NCBI GenBank assembly: GCA_024645245.1
Contig: JAHEBN010000004.1
Coordinates: forward strand, 5,184-69,183
Direction: 5' to 3'
Length of the DNA stretch: 64,000 bases
From: Jiulongibacter sp.
GTDB taxonomy: Bacteria > Bacteroidota > Bacteroidia > Cytophagales > Spirosomataceae
Position numbers and translations under genes: made by a program. The notes under the pieces were generated by a model. It was not told where the DNA came from. It saw nothing but the letters and a program-made list of their open reading frames with translations, and made no database searches. Shown one piece after another: positions 47,733 through 57,653 of the stretch (position 1 is the stretch's first letter; each line of letters starts with the position of its first letter).

Positions 47733-50691
47733 ATTGATTCCCACATCCATCAATATAAGCTTTAAATGTTGCTCCTGGTTCTGTGGCAAACCCTGGATTT
47801 ATTGTTACAGAATGCCCTGCATCAAATTTAATATTAGTGCCACTTTTAATTACTTTATCTGCTTGAATGGTATTCCCGGCCTCGAATTTGAAATCTAATG
47901 GCGGATTTAAATCATAATTAATACTTAATGTGGAGTTGCTAGCACAATTTGGTACGACCCGCACATGAAAAGTATCGGTAATGCAACCATAAGAATCTGA
48001 AACCGTGTAAGTGGTATATTGCCCTGCAGGGGGTGTCGGACTTAAGGTTCTTTCATCACCACCAACAGACCACACATAATTACCAAGTGTCCAGGATGCA
48101 GTTAAATTCAAAGGAGAATTTTCTTGAATTAGTGTGTCTTTAGTTAGGCCAATGTCTTTCATAATTGTGAATTTATCACGTATTAAACCGTCATCTGTAA
48201 TCCATTTAGCATTAAGTTGATTTCCTTCAATTTCTATTAGCATAGCCCCTATGGAATCCCGGTTATGGTAAGGCATAGCCGGATGTGGCCAGTTTGACAT
48301 TTCCGCAGCCAGATCGTCTTCATATCCGGTTCCGATTACAGCATATACAATTCCTTTATTAGAATTAAGTTTATTTTTTATGTATGGACAACTTGAACCG
48401 GAATCAAATTTCCCCGAACTCTGATTAACAACACTACCAGCCGGGTAATCAAGAGCTGAATACGTGGTGGAGTCTCCATAAGAACCTTTTATTAATTTTG
48501 ATCTTTCGTAGACGTGGCTATGGCCGGATAATACCAAATCCACATCGTATTCTTCAAATATTGGTAATAAACCCTGACGTATTAATTTTAAATTCCATTC
48601 AGCATCAGAATTATGATGCCCTCCGGAATAAATAGGAGCGTGAATTCCAATTATAGTCCATTTTTGGTTATTTGCGGCTAAATCATTTATAAGCCATTGT
48701 TTTTGAATATTATTATTTTCCCAAATATAGGCATGATAAGGAGGTGTGGATGCATGAGGTGGTGAAGTAAAGGGTAAGTTATAGTAGTGATAATTGGTAT
48801 CAAGCGGACTTCCTGTTGGATAAGAGTCCCAGCCATAAGCATCCAAAACTATGAAATGAATATTTGCTTTATTAAAAGAATAGTACCTCTCTGTTCCTGA
48901 CAGGATACCGCCCTCTTCACCTGAAGTCGGCATGTTAAATACTTCAAAATAGGGTCTGTTAAAATTTGTGAAATCAATACTGTCATTTTTGTAATTATAA
49001 AATTCATGATTACCGACTACTGGATATATCGGCGATTGCTTCATGATTCTGTCTTGCTGATACATTTGGAAAAAGTTATTCTGGAAGTTGCTCATAGTGC
49101 CGCCATCAGTTCTAACATCATTAGGTTCATGATAGGCAATGTCACCTAAAGGCATGAAAACGTGGATGTATTTATCCTGAATAAAAGTTTGAAAGGCTTC
49201 CATGACCTTTCTTTGGTTTTTATCCCCGCTACCCATATCGCCCATAGTTAAAATATTAACTTTTGTATTTTCGCCTGTAGTGGAAGTGGTAATAAAATAG
49301 TTATCCGATGAATTTTCTAAAATCTGAGTTGAACTGCCAACGGAATAAAAGTATTTGGTGTTAGGTTGGAGTCCGCTGATGTCTATAAGGTGGTCTTTTG
49401 TAACTGAAGCATTATTAAAAGAGGTAGTCAGATTTAGCGGATCTAAACCTATTTTAACCTGACTGTTTCCTGCAATATTAGTTTGCCATCTGATTTGAAT
49501 TCCGGTGGTAGAGCCTTTCATTAAATACGGTCCTCGATCCACATAAACCGGTGAATTGTTTATACCAATAAGTTCGAGATTAAAGCTTAAGTCACTGCTT
49601 GTGTTGCTTTGCTGATGTACTTCAGCGGCAATCGAATGACTGCCTGGGGGCATCAGGCTTCCATTAACAAGAATTACTTTCCATTCTTCGCCGTCGTCAT
49701 TTGCATTAAGAGTAGTCCGATTATATGTTATTTTATCACCACTTATGAATAAATCTCTAAAAATTTCGGTGCTATCCATATAAATAATAACACCATCGTC
49801 TCTTTTTACTCTAAATTTTAAGAAATCAAAATTTTCTATGGAAGTAAAAGATTTTCTGAAGTAGGTAGTAATGTATTTATTCGATGGATTTCCACCAAAG
49901 CTTAAAACTGAAGTTTCATCCCCGTCTCCGTAACCTAATTCTGCATTGCCGGTACTCCATGTGGCATCATTAAAGCCAACTTTTCGCCAAAGTGTATCCT
50001 GATTCGAGCCATTATCCAGATATTTCCATTCCGCATTGGCGGCTACTATTTCTTTTTCAGACAGTGGCCCTGCCTTATATGCTGTTAATTCCAAATCCAG
50101 ATACAAATCACGACTACCAATTGAGGATTGATGCAATTCTACAGCTAATGTATTATTGCCGCTTATTAAAATGTGACCGTCGATGAAAATTTCGTGCCAG
50201 GTATTCCAATTATCCGGCGAAGATATATTTGCCAAAGAATTATAGTTAAGATAATATTTGCCCACATTATTCCGAAATACTTCCTGTCCGTTTAGATAAA
50301 CAACCATTCCATCATCTCTTTTAACTCTTAATTTTATATAGTCATAAACCGGATTTATGTCGGGAATTACCATATTTTTTCTGTAGTAACTCGTTACATA
50401 TCTATCATCCGGATTTGATCCCCAGGAAACGCAGGTGTAAAGCGGGTCACATCCGGGGCTAATTTGATCTTCATATACAAAGGGCATTTTTCCGGTTTTC
50501 CATTCGGGAGTGATGTCATTGTATGATGGATACATCCAAATATTTTCTTCTAAAATAGTAGATGAAGGAAAATCATAAGGATCCGTGCCGGTATCCCGGT
50601 ATTTCCAACCGCTACTCCCGGCTGAAATTAAGTTCACCTGGCCAAATAGTATTTGTGGAATCAGGAATAAAAGTGAGCCGATTTTTTTCAT
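47731..50691 (-). CDS. large secreted purple-acid-phosphatase-type metallophosphoesterase with duplicated N-terminal module
   Basis: It has a signal peptide. PAP metal motifs are present: GDMG, GDIAYHE, GNHEF, GIHAPIY, GHSHVYER. Two about 170-aa homologous modules lie N-terminal to these, and the C-terminus is Cys-containing and PGF-type. Confidence 0.82.
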   Translation of the reverse strand: MKKIGSLLFLIPQILFGQVNLISAGSSGWKYRDTGTDPYDFPSSTILEENIWMYPSYNDITPEWKTGKMPFVYEDQISPGCDPLYTCVSWGSNPDDRYVTSYYRKNMVIPDINPVYDYIKLRVKRDDGMVVYLNGQEVFRNNVGKYYLNYNSLANISSPDNWNTWHEIFIDGHILISGNNTLAVELHQSSIGSRDLYLDLELTAYKAGPLSEKEIVAANAEWKYLDNGSNQDTLWRKVGFNDATWSTGNAELGYGDGDETSVLSFGGNPSNKYITTYFRKSFTSIENFDFLKFRVKRDDGVIIYMDSTEIFRDLFISGDKITYNRTTLNANDDGEEWKVILVNGSLMPPGSHSIAAEVHQQSNTSSDLSFNLELIGINNSPVYVDRGPYLMKGSTTGIQIRWQTNIAGNSQVKIGLDPLNLTTSFNNASVTKDHLIDISGLQPNTKYFYSVGSSTQILENSSDNYFITTSTTGENTKVNILTMGDMGSGDKNQRKVMEAFQTFIQDKYIHVFMPLGDIAYHEPNDVRTDGGTMSNFQNNFFQMYQQDRIMKQSPIYPVVGNHEFYNYKNDSIDFTNFNRPYFEVFNMPTSGEEGGILSGTERYYSFNKANIHFIVLDAYGWDSYPTGSPLDTNYHYYNLPFTSPPHASTPPYHAYIWENNNIQKQWLINDLAANNQKWTIIGIHAPIYSGGHHNSDAEWNLKLIRQGLLPIFEEYDVDLVLSGHSHVYERSKLIKGSYGDSTTYSALDYPAGSVVNQSSGKFDSGSSCPYIKNKLNSNKGIVYAVIGTGYEDDLAAEMSNWPHPAMPYHNRDSIGAMLIEIEGNQLNAKWITDDGLIRDKFTIMKDIGLTKDTLIQENSPLNLTASWTLGNYVWSVGGDERTLSPTPPAGQYTTYTVSDSYGCITDTFHVRVVPNCASNSTLSINYDLNPPLDFKFEAGNTIQADKVIKSGTNIKFDAGHSVTINPGFATEPGATFKAYIDGCGNQ

Positions 50692-50874
50692 TATCGCGGA
50701 AGTTTTGGGGGATTAATTGAACTTACCAAAACTAAAATTTCAACTTCAAAAAGGCTATGAGAATAATCATTCAGAGGTATGATAATCTCTCCAATCCTAA
50801 AATATTAATGGAAAAATAGAGATCTCAGGAAGGGGATAATCCAGGTTTTCAGAGCTTAAACTGTTTCCTGATTT

Positions 50875-51345
50875 TTACATTATTTCTTTGACTGCCCAAA
50901 AAAGCATCAAAGAACATAAAATTAATTTTGCCATTATTCCGGCCACAAATCCAATAAAGCTGCCGAAACCTGCCTTAATGGCTTGGTTCACTTTTGTGCC
51001 ATGAAGAATTTCTCCTACCAAGGCACCTAAAAAAGCACCAATGAAAATGCCAAAAGGGCCGGTAAAAAGACCCAGAAACATACCAAGTGAAGATCCTCTG
51101 ATGCCAGCTTTGGTTCCGCCAAATTGTTTGGTGCCCCAAATGGGGACATAATAGTCCAGAACAGCTAAAATACCTGTTGCAAATCCAAGGGAAATAAGGA
51201 ATTCAGAAGTAAAATGGGCGTAATTAGTGTAATTGAGGATCAAAATCCCGATGAAACTCAAAGGAGGCCCCGGTAATGGGAGTACCGAACCGGCTAAACC
51301 GATAATAATCAAGAGAAAACCAATTATTGCCAGTATTATATCCAT
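50875..51345 (-). CDS. DUF456-family membrane protein
   Basis: 156 aa, four TMs, Gly-rich helices (GPFGIFIGAFLGALVGE). Its ATG overlaps the upstream TGA (TGATG). Confidence 0.7.
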   Translation of the reverse strand: MDIILAIIGFLLIIIGLAGSVLPLPGPPLSFIGILILNYTNYAHFTSEFLISLGFATGILAVLDYYVPIWGTKQFGGTKAGIRGSSLGMFLGLFTGPFGIFIGAFLGALVGEILHGTKVNQAIKAGFGSFIGFVAGIMAKLILCSLMLFWAVKEIM

Positions 51346-52589
51346 CAGACAATGATAGTCTCTTGTTCCGCTACAATTCTTTTTTCATTTAAAAATTCAG
51401 AGATTCCATCCATTGCCAGGTTCAATGTGTCGCTGTCGGGTAAAAAGACCACCCGGAAATGTTGATTATCCATACAATTGAATCCGGTACCCGAAACAAC
51501 CAAAATTTTATGATCTGTTAATAATTGTAAAGTAAAGTCTTCATCCGATTCCAGATCGAATTTTTTCAAATCAATCTTTGGAAACACATAAAGGGCACCT
51601 TTTGGCTTTACACAGGTAATTCCAGGAATATCGGTTAAACGATAGTGAATGAGGTCTCTTTGTTTACGTAAACGCCCTTCTGATGCCACCAAATCATTTA
51701 TACTTTGGTAACCTCCGAGTGCGGTTTGTATCGCATATTGCGTGGGAACATTGGCACAAAGTCGCATACTTGCCAATAAATTAAAGCCTTCAAGATAACT
51801 TTTCGCTTTGTGTTTGGCACCACTGGCAATTACCCATCCTCCCCGGAAACCTGTTGCCCGGTAATTTTTTGATAAACCACCGAAAGTCATAAAGAAAACA
51901 TCTTCACTAAGTGAAGCCGTTGGAATGTGCTTAATTCCATCGTAAAGTATCTTATCGTAGATTTCATCAGAAAAAACTATTAATTGATGCCTTTCTGCAA
52001 TTTTTACAATTCCCTCCAAAATATCCTTTTCATAAACTGCTCCGGTTGGATTATTGGGATTGATTAGTACAATAGCCTTTGTTTTAGAGGTAATTTTACT
52101 TTCTATATCTTTCAGGTCCGGATTCCAATCTGCCTCTTCATCACAAACATAATGAACGGGTTTTCCGCCGGATAACCCAACGGCCGTGGTCCAAAGTGGA
52201 TAATCAGGCGAAGGTATCAGAATTTCATCATTTGGATTAATAAGGGCCTGCATTGCCATAACGATTAACTCGCTCACCCCGTTGCCGATAAAAATGTCTT
52301 CAATGGTCACATCTTTAATCCCAATTTGCTGGGTATAATGCATTACAGCTTTTCTTGCCGGAAAAATTCCTAAATGATGACAATATCCCTGAGCATTACG
52401 CAGATTAAGAATCATGTCCTGCATAATTTCATCCGGCACGTCGAAGCCGAACGGGGCAGGATTGCCAATGTTCAAATTTATTATTTTCTGTCCCTGAGCC
52501 ATAAGCTGTTGGGCTTTGTCAAATATTGGACCGCGAATAGCATAACTGAGGTTGTTTAGCCTTTCACTTTTTAAATATTCCTTAGACAT
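51345..52589 (-). CDS. class I/II PLP-dependent aminotransferase, AlaA-like
   Basis: Colinear with E. coli AlaA as I remember it: YAIRGPI..INLNIGNPAPFGFDVPDEI, NPNNPTG, SKNYRATGFRGGW. Confidence 0.88.
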   Translation of the reverse strand: MSKEYLKSERLNNLSYAIRGPIFDKAQQLMAQGQKIINLNIGNPAPFGFDVPDEIMQDMILNLRNAQGYCHHLGIFPARKAVMHYTQQIGIKDVTIEDIFIGNGVSELIVMAMQALINPNDEILIPSPDYPLWTTAVGLSGGKPVHYVCDEEADWNPDLKDIESKITSKTKAIVLINPNNPTGAVYEKDILEGIVKIAERHQLIVFSDEIYDKILYDGIKHIPTASLSEDVFFMTFGGLSKNYRATGFRGGWVIASGAKHKAKSYLEGFNLLASMRLCANVPTQYAIQTALGGYQSINDLVASEGRLRKQRDLIHYRLTDIPGITCVKPKGALYVFPKIDLKKFDLESDEDFTLQLLTDHKILVVSGTGFNCMDNQHFRVVFLPDSDTLNLAMDGISEFLNEKRIVAEQETIIV

Positions 52590-52600
52590 AATTATCCTGT

Positions 52601-53539
52601 TTAATTGGATAGAAAAGCATTCACATTTTTTTCTATTCTTTCACAAATATCACCATTATTGGCCGGAACAAAGTTTTCTCCGGTAACTTTTTGATATAAT
52701 TCAATATACCGATCACTGATTTCGTTTACCTTTTCATCAGTCATCAGGGGTATTTTCTGCCCGTCTTTACCTTGAAAACCATTTTCTATCAGCCACTCTC
52801 TTACAAATTCTTTAGATAATTGCTTTTGGGGCAAATCATTATTCAGATTTTCTTCATAAGAATCAACATAAAAATACCTGGAAGAGTCCGGCGTATGAAT
52901 TTCATCAATTAAATAAATTACTCCATGCTTTTTTCCAAATTCATATTTAGTATCCACAAGAATCAGGCCTTCTTTGGCGGCTATTTCTGTACCTCTTTGA
53001 AACAAGGCATAGGTATATTTTTCAAGTTCCTGGTATTCTGCTTCATCCACAATTCCCTGAAGTAATATTTCTTCCCGCGAAATGTCTATATCATGGCCTT
53101 CTTTTGCCTTGGTAGTAGGCGTGATTATCGGGTTTGGTAGTTTTTGATTTTCCTTAAGTCCATCCGGAAGGCTTACACCGCAAACTTCTCTTTTGCCAGA
53201 TTTATATTCCCTCCAGGCGTGACCAGCCAAATATCCGCGTATCACCATTTCAACGGGATAGGTCTCACATTTTATGCCAAATGAAGCATTTGGATCGGGT
53301 GTGGCAAGCAACCAGTTTGGAACAATATCCTGAGTTGCTTTTAGGTATTTGGCTGCAATTTGATTTAATACCTGGCCTTTGCAAGGTATAGCACGGGGAA
53401 GTATGACGTCAAAGGCAGAAATCCGATCCGACGCAATCATCAAAACATTTTCGCCAAAATCAAAAACATCCCGAACTTTTCCGTGATAAACATTTTTTAC
53501 TCCCTCAAAATTAAAATTTGCTTCTTTTAATACGTTCAT
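52601..53539 (-). CDS. purC: phosphoribosylaminoimidazole-succinocarboxamide (SAICAR) synthase
   Basis: 312 aa. Motifs: [37 protein letters not shown]. Confidence 0.93.
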   Translation of the reverse strand: MNVLKEANFNFEGVKNVYHGKVRDVFDFGENVLMIASDRISAFDVILPRAIPCKGQVLNQIAAKYLKATQDIVPNWLLATPDPNASFGIKCETYPVEMVIRGYLAGHAWREYKSGKREVCGVSLPDGLKENQKLPNPIITPTTKAKEGHDIDISREEILLQGIVDEAEYQELEKYTYALFQRGTEIAAKEGLILVDTKYEFGKKHGVIYLIDEIHTPDSSRYFYVDSYEENLNNDLPQKQLSKEFVREWLIENGFQGKDGQKIPLMTDEKVNEISDRYIELYQKVTGENFVPANNGDICERIEKNVNAFLSN

Positions 53540-53540
53540 T

Positions 53541-54203
53541 TTACCATTCGCCGAAGTTTTCTGCTTCGTCCTTATTTTTCAATTTAAACACAAATCTTTT
53601 TTCGGTCGATTTCATTGATTCCAAAATTCTCAGGGCTTGATCCTGACTTATTTCTGGTGGATTAATTGTTTTCAATTCATCTGTTTTTTCTTCAGATTTT
53701 TCCACTCTTCCTCCTGCATTCGGGTTACTACCGCCTGAATTATCTGAATTGGCCCGGGGAGGCGATTTTTTATTTGAGAATTTCTTTTTAAGGAATTCAT
53801 AATTATAAAGTGCAAAGATATTATCATTTTTTAGCTCAATTGCTGTTTTAAGTTGCTTTATTGCCGCAATGGTATCTTTTTTGGAAACTGAAATTAAAGC
53901 CAGTTGATTAAGACGAAGTGCTTCATTATTCGAATCCTGCATATGATTACATTTTTTCAGGACTTCTTCGGCTTTTGCACTTTCATTATTAGCTAAATAT
54001 AAACCAGCAGCGTTTAAAGTCATTTCTTCATCGCATCCAGCATTTATTTTCTCAAAAAGCTCAAATTTAGCCATGGCTATTTTCCAGTCCTTTGCTCTAT
54101 ATGCGGTTTCAAAGTCAGATTTTAATTGATTCTTCGTTTCAATTTTTTCCAGACTCTGAAGCTCTATAAGGATTTGGATGATATAAAAAATGAAATAGTA
54201 CAA
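53541..54203 (-). CDS. TPR-repeat protein (Bat-operon-like)
   Basis: A TTG start lies 1 nt after the VWA gene stop. It has an N-terminal hydrophobic segment, TPR-like helices, and an acidic/basic tail. Confidence 0.55.
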   Translation of the reverse strand: MYYFIFYIIQILIELQSLEKIETKNQLKSDFETAYRAKDWKIAMAKFELFEKINAGCDEEMTLNAAGLYLANNESAKAEEVLKKCNHMQDSNNEALRLNQLALISVSKKDTIAAIKQLKTAIELKNDNIFALYNYEFLKKKFSNKKSPPRANSDNSGGSNPNAGGRVEKSEEKTDELKTINPPEISQDQALRILESMKSTEKRFVFKLKNKDEAENFGEW

Positions 54204-54204
54204 T

Positions 54205-55164
54205 TTATATTTTTAAAAGTTTTACTGTAATCACTACATCTAAAGAAACAAGTATTAAGGCTCCAATTAGAAAATACAGGTATTTATTATTTTGAATAAT
54301 AATTTTACGGTTATCTACCAGGTTATTTTCAACATTGTTAATCGCATTAATTAATGCATTCAGTTCATTATTTTGATTATCTAAAAAAAAAGGAACTGTA
54401 CCGGACCATTTTGCCAATTGATCAATCATACTTTTGTTTAAAGCGGTATATATTTCCAATCCATCCTTATCAGTAAGTAGTTTTCCCTCTTTTATTATAT
54501 TTCCACCTTGTTCTGTGCCAACTCCGGTAAAAAATGATTTAAGTCCATTTTGCTGTAAATCAGTAATATCTTTTTTTGCAATATTACCAAAATCCTCGCC
54601 ATCTGTAAAAAACAACAAAATCTGCCCTCTGTCGTCTTTTACATTTTCCGTCTGTCTATTTTTAATTAACTCGATAGGTGCTGAAAAATTGGTTCCATTG
54701 CTTTCCAACAAATCTGTATCAAGTTGGGAGATATAGTTTTGAACGATGTCAAGATCAAATGTAAGTGGTGTGAGCCAGTAGGCATCAGATGAAAAAAGAA
54801 TGATGCCTATCCTATTATTATTTAACTGATTTACAAGCTGTATTAAATCCAGTTTTAATTTTTCTAATCTTGAAGGGCTTACATCATTGGCATTCATAGA
54901 TTCTGATAAATCGATTGCCATAAAAATATCTTTCCCGGCAGTTTTAGCTTCTGCTTCAGTGATGCCAAAACTTGGCCCCAGAAGTGCGGTTATCATTAAT
55001 CCTAAATACAGGCTCCTAAGGAAAAATTTTACCATTACAGACCTGGAACTGGAATTCAAAATCGCAGATGCCCTTTTTAACCTGAAGAAAAAGAACAGAT
55101 AAGCTAAAAAAAATATAGCTATAAATACCAGTTCTGTGGGTCCTATGGATTTAATCCAGTTCAT
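54205..55164 (-). CDS. von Willebrand factor A domain membrane protein (BatA/BatB-like)
   Basis: It has N- and C-terminal TMs, the MIDAS motif DLSESM, and ILFFTDGED. Confidence 0.8.
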   Translation of the reverse strand: MNWIKSIGPTELVFIAIFFLAYLFFFFRLKRASAILNSSSRSVMVKFFLRSLYLGLMITALLGPSFGITEAEAKTAGKDIFMAIDLSESMNANDVSPSRLEKLKLDLIQLVNQLNNNRIGIILFSSDAYWLTPLTFDLDIVQNYISQLDTDLLESNGTNFSAPIELIKNRQTENVKDDRGQILLFFTDGEDFGNIAKKDITDLQQNGLKSFFTGVGTEQGGNIIKEGKLLTDKDGLEIYTALNKSMIDQLAKWSGTVPFFLDNQNNELNALINAINNVENNLVDNRKIIIQNNKYLYFLIGALILVSLDVVITVKLLKI

Positions 55165-57650
55165 TTATGTGTTGCTGAAATCATATTTGCAAAAAGCTTA
55201 TACGCTCCGGTGATGCCGGCTGGTAATTCACGAAAAAACGAAATTCCGGTATACACATAGTTTCCTTTGCCATAGGGAGTATAAAGCACACTGCTTAATT
55301 TTTCGCTTTCATTTTTATCGTGCATGGAGAATATTGTTTCGTATTTGTCCGACCAGGTTTGTGGATAATACAAACCTCTTTCCTGAATCCATCCGTCGAA
55401 ATCAGATGGTAGGATCTTGTTGGGTTTATTTAATAATACATGTGCAGGTTTAAGAATTTTTATTTCGGCATCTTCTTCACTCACGCGGTCTCTGCCCAGT
55501 TTAATCTCATATGGACCCATTAAGTTTTCAAATTTTGCATTGGAGCTACTCGTATTGTATTGAGTAATCAAATTGCCACCTGCTTTAACATAGTTCATTA
55601 ATTTTTCGTGATAAAACGGCAACCAATCGAGCGTATTATACGCCCTAATTCCAACTATTATCGCCTGATATGCACTTAATGAGCTGCTTAAATCTTTTTC
55701 GCTGAGCAATGTAACGGTATATCCTAAATCTTCTATTGCTTTTGGCATTTCGTCTCCGGCCCCCATGATATAGCCCACTAGTTTTCCGTTTATTTTTATA
55801 TCCAGGTTGCTCACTTTTACTTTAGACTCCGGAAATAACGTAATAAGTGGAATATGCGGATATTCAATTTTTTTAAGACCGCGATCGTAGTTTATGCCGT
55901 TAACCTCCGCCGCAAAGCTTATAAAACCGTTTGATTCGGTTGCGGGAGAAGTTACATTAAAGATAAAGGTCCTTTCGTCGTATTTATTTTTCAATTCAAA
56001 AGGAATCTGCATCGACGAGGATTTCCAGCCAGCTGGTAAAATAATTCTTAACATACCGGAAATGTTATCTGCCGCCGATTTTAAGGTAAGTTTTATTTCC
56101 TTCGTGGTATTGGTATTAAAAACAATCAAATCTTTATCCGGAGTTAAACTTACGGCAGGCCTTACTTCCAGGTTTTGATACACTTCGCCCAAGGAGGGCT
56201 CTACTTTTTTATATCTCACCGGATTGGTAAATTCAATTTCTGTACCTTCCATATTGATTTTAGTTTTTAAAATAAAAGTCTGTGGAGCCATAGGAAGGTT
56301 TCTGTATTTTTCCTCAATCTCATAATGTCCACCTTGATTTTCTTTCCAAAGCCAATAAGGTTGAGTAATAGGGGTGTTCAAAGACACAAAATAACTGATT
56401 GAATTACGAGCCATTTTATTTTCCTCCAAACCGGTATTACTTAAACGGGGAATGGATTCATCATTTATGCTTACCGATTTAACATTCATTTTTAAATTCG
56501 ACCGGTTTACTATCTGAAGTTCCAGTTTCAGACTATCGCCTGAACTTACCGCTTCTGATTTTGCTAAGGCATCAAAGTATAAGCCGCTGCAGGATTGAAT
56601 CAAGGCTAGTATTTCTGTTTTTTTCCTCTCAGTCCAGATATTTTTCGGTAGTGATTCGGTGAATTTTAATAACTGAATTAAACCCGGAATACTTGCAGAA
56701 GGATTTTGGGCATTGAAGTTTGTAATGATTTCATTAATCAGCGGAATTGCAGCTGTACCTCCATTTATCCTATTCCAGGTAAGGTCTACATCATCAAATA
56801 AATCATTTTTTGCTGCTTTCCCTTTTGTATGCAAAACTGTTTCTATTCGTTCATTTCTTACTTTTTCACTTCCAAAACCCTGACTTCGGTGTTGGCTTCT
56901 GGCTTCTGCCGCTATTTCGGTGTATGATTTACCCAAAACCGGATTGTAGTTCCCAATCGATACCTGCAGGTAATCAGATTCGCCTTCAGGTGGAATATTG
57001 GTAAATCCACGGTTATAAAAATTCCATACTAAACGTTTGGCTTGCCATATTTCCGTTTCTTTTAATTGTTCAGGAAATATTTTTGGGTCGGCAGCCGCAT
57101 CGAATGCCTCCGCGGCTAATTGTGCTGAAGCTGAGTGATGCCCATGTCCAGCTCTTTCATCCGGCGGAAAACGGGTTATTATCACATCGGGTTTAAATTT
57201 TCGGATTCGATACACTAAATCCGCCAGAATTAATTCTTTTCCCCAGGTATTTAATGCTTCTTCCGTGGTTTTGGTATAGCCGAAATCAATAGCTCTGGTA
57301 AAAAACTGCTCCCCACCATCAATACTTCTGGCCCCCAGAAGTTCATGAGTTCGCAAAAGGCCGGCAAGAGCTCCTTGTTCTGTACCTATTAAATTTTGTC
57401 CACCATCACCTCTTGTCATCGATATGTAGGCAGTACTTACTTTTTTCTCTTTACTTAACCAGGTAATAAACAGGGTGTTTTCGTCATCCGGGTGTGCGGC
57501 TACATAAAGTGCCGAGCCTACCACTTTCAATTTTTCCAAACCTTCCATTATTTCGGAAGTGCCTGTTGGAATGGATTGAGCTTGGCTCAAAATGGAGTAA
57601 AATAAAAAACTTAAACCAAAGAGAAGTTTTTTCATAAATTTGCTTTTCAT
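55161..57650 (-). CDS. secreted PIG-L/LmbE-family deacetylase with large C-terminal extension
   Basis: It has a signal peptide and the motifs VAAHPDDE and GHGHH. 829 aa. Its stop overlaps the VWA gene start (ATGA). Confidence 0.78.
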   Translation of the reverse strand: MKSKFMKKLLFGLSFLFYSILSQAQSIPTGTSEIMEGLEKLKVVGSALYVAAHPDDENTLFITWLSKEKKVSTAYISMTRGDGGQNLIGTEQGALAGLLRTHELLGARSIDGGEQFFTRAIDFGYTKTTEEALNTWGKELILADLVYRIRKFKPDVIITRFPPDERAGHGHHSASAQLAAEAFDAAADPKIFPEQLKETEIWQAKRLVWNFYNRGFTNIPPEGESDYLQVSIGNYNPVLGKSYTEIAAEARSQHRSQGFGSEKVRNERIETVLHTKGKAAKNDLFDDVDLTWNRINGGTAAIPLINEIITNFNAQNPSASIPGLIQLLKFTESLPKNIWTERKKTEILALIQSCSGLYFDALAKSEAVSSGDSLKLELQIVNRSNLKMNVKSVSINDESIPRLSNTGLEENKMARNSISYFVSLNTPITQPYWLWKENQGGHYEIEEKYRNLPMAPQTFILKTKINMEGTEIEFTNPVRYKKVEPSLGEVYQNLEVRPAVSLTPDKDLIVFNTNTTKEIKLTLKSAADNISGMLRIILPAGWKSSSMQIPFELKNKYDERTFIFNVTSPATESNGFISFAAEVNGINYDRGLKKIEYPHIPLITLFPESKVKVSNLDIKINGKLVGYIMGAGDEMPKAIEDLGYTVTLLSEKDLSSSLSAYQAIIVGIRAYNTLDWLPFYHEKLMNYVKAGGNLITQYNTSSSNAKFENLMGPYEIKLGRDRVSEEDAEIKILKPAHVLLNKPNKILPSDFDGWIQERGLYYPQTWSDKYETIFSMHDKNESEKLSSVLYTPYGKGNYVYTGISFFRELPAGITGAYKLFANMISATHK

Positions 57651-57653
57651 AAA

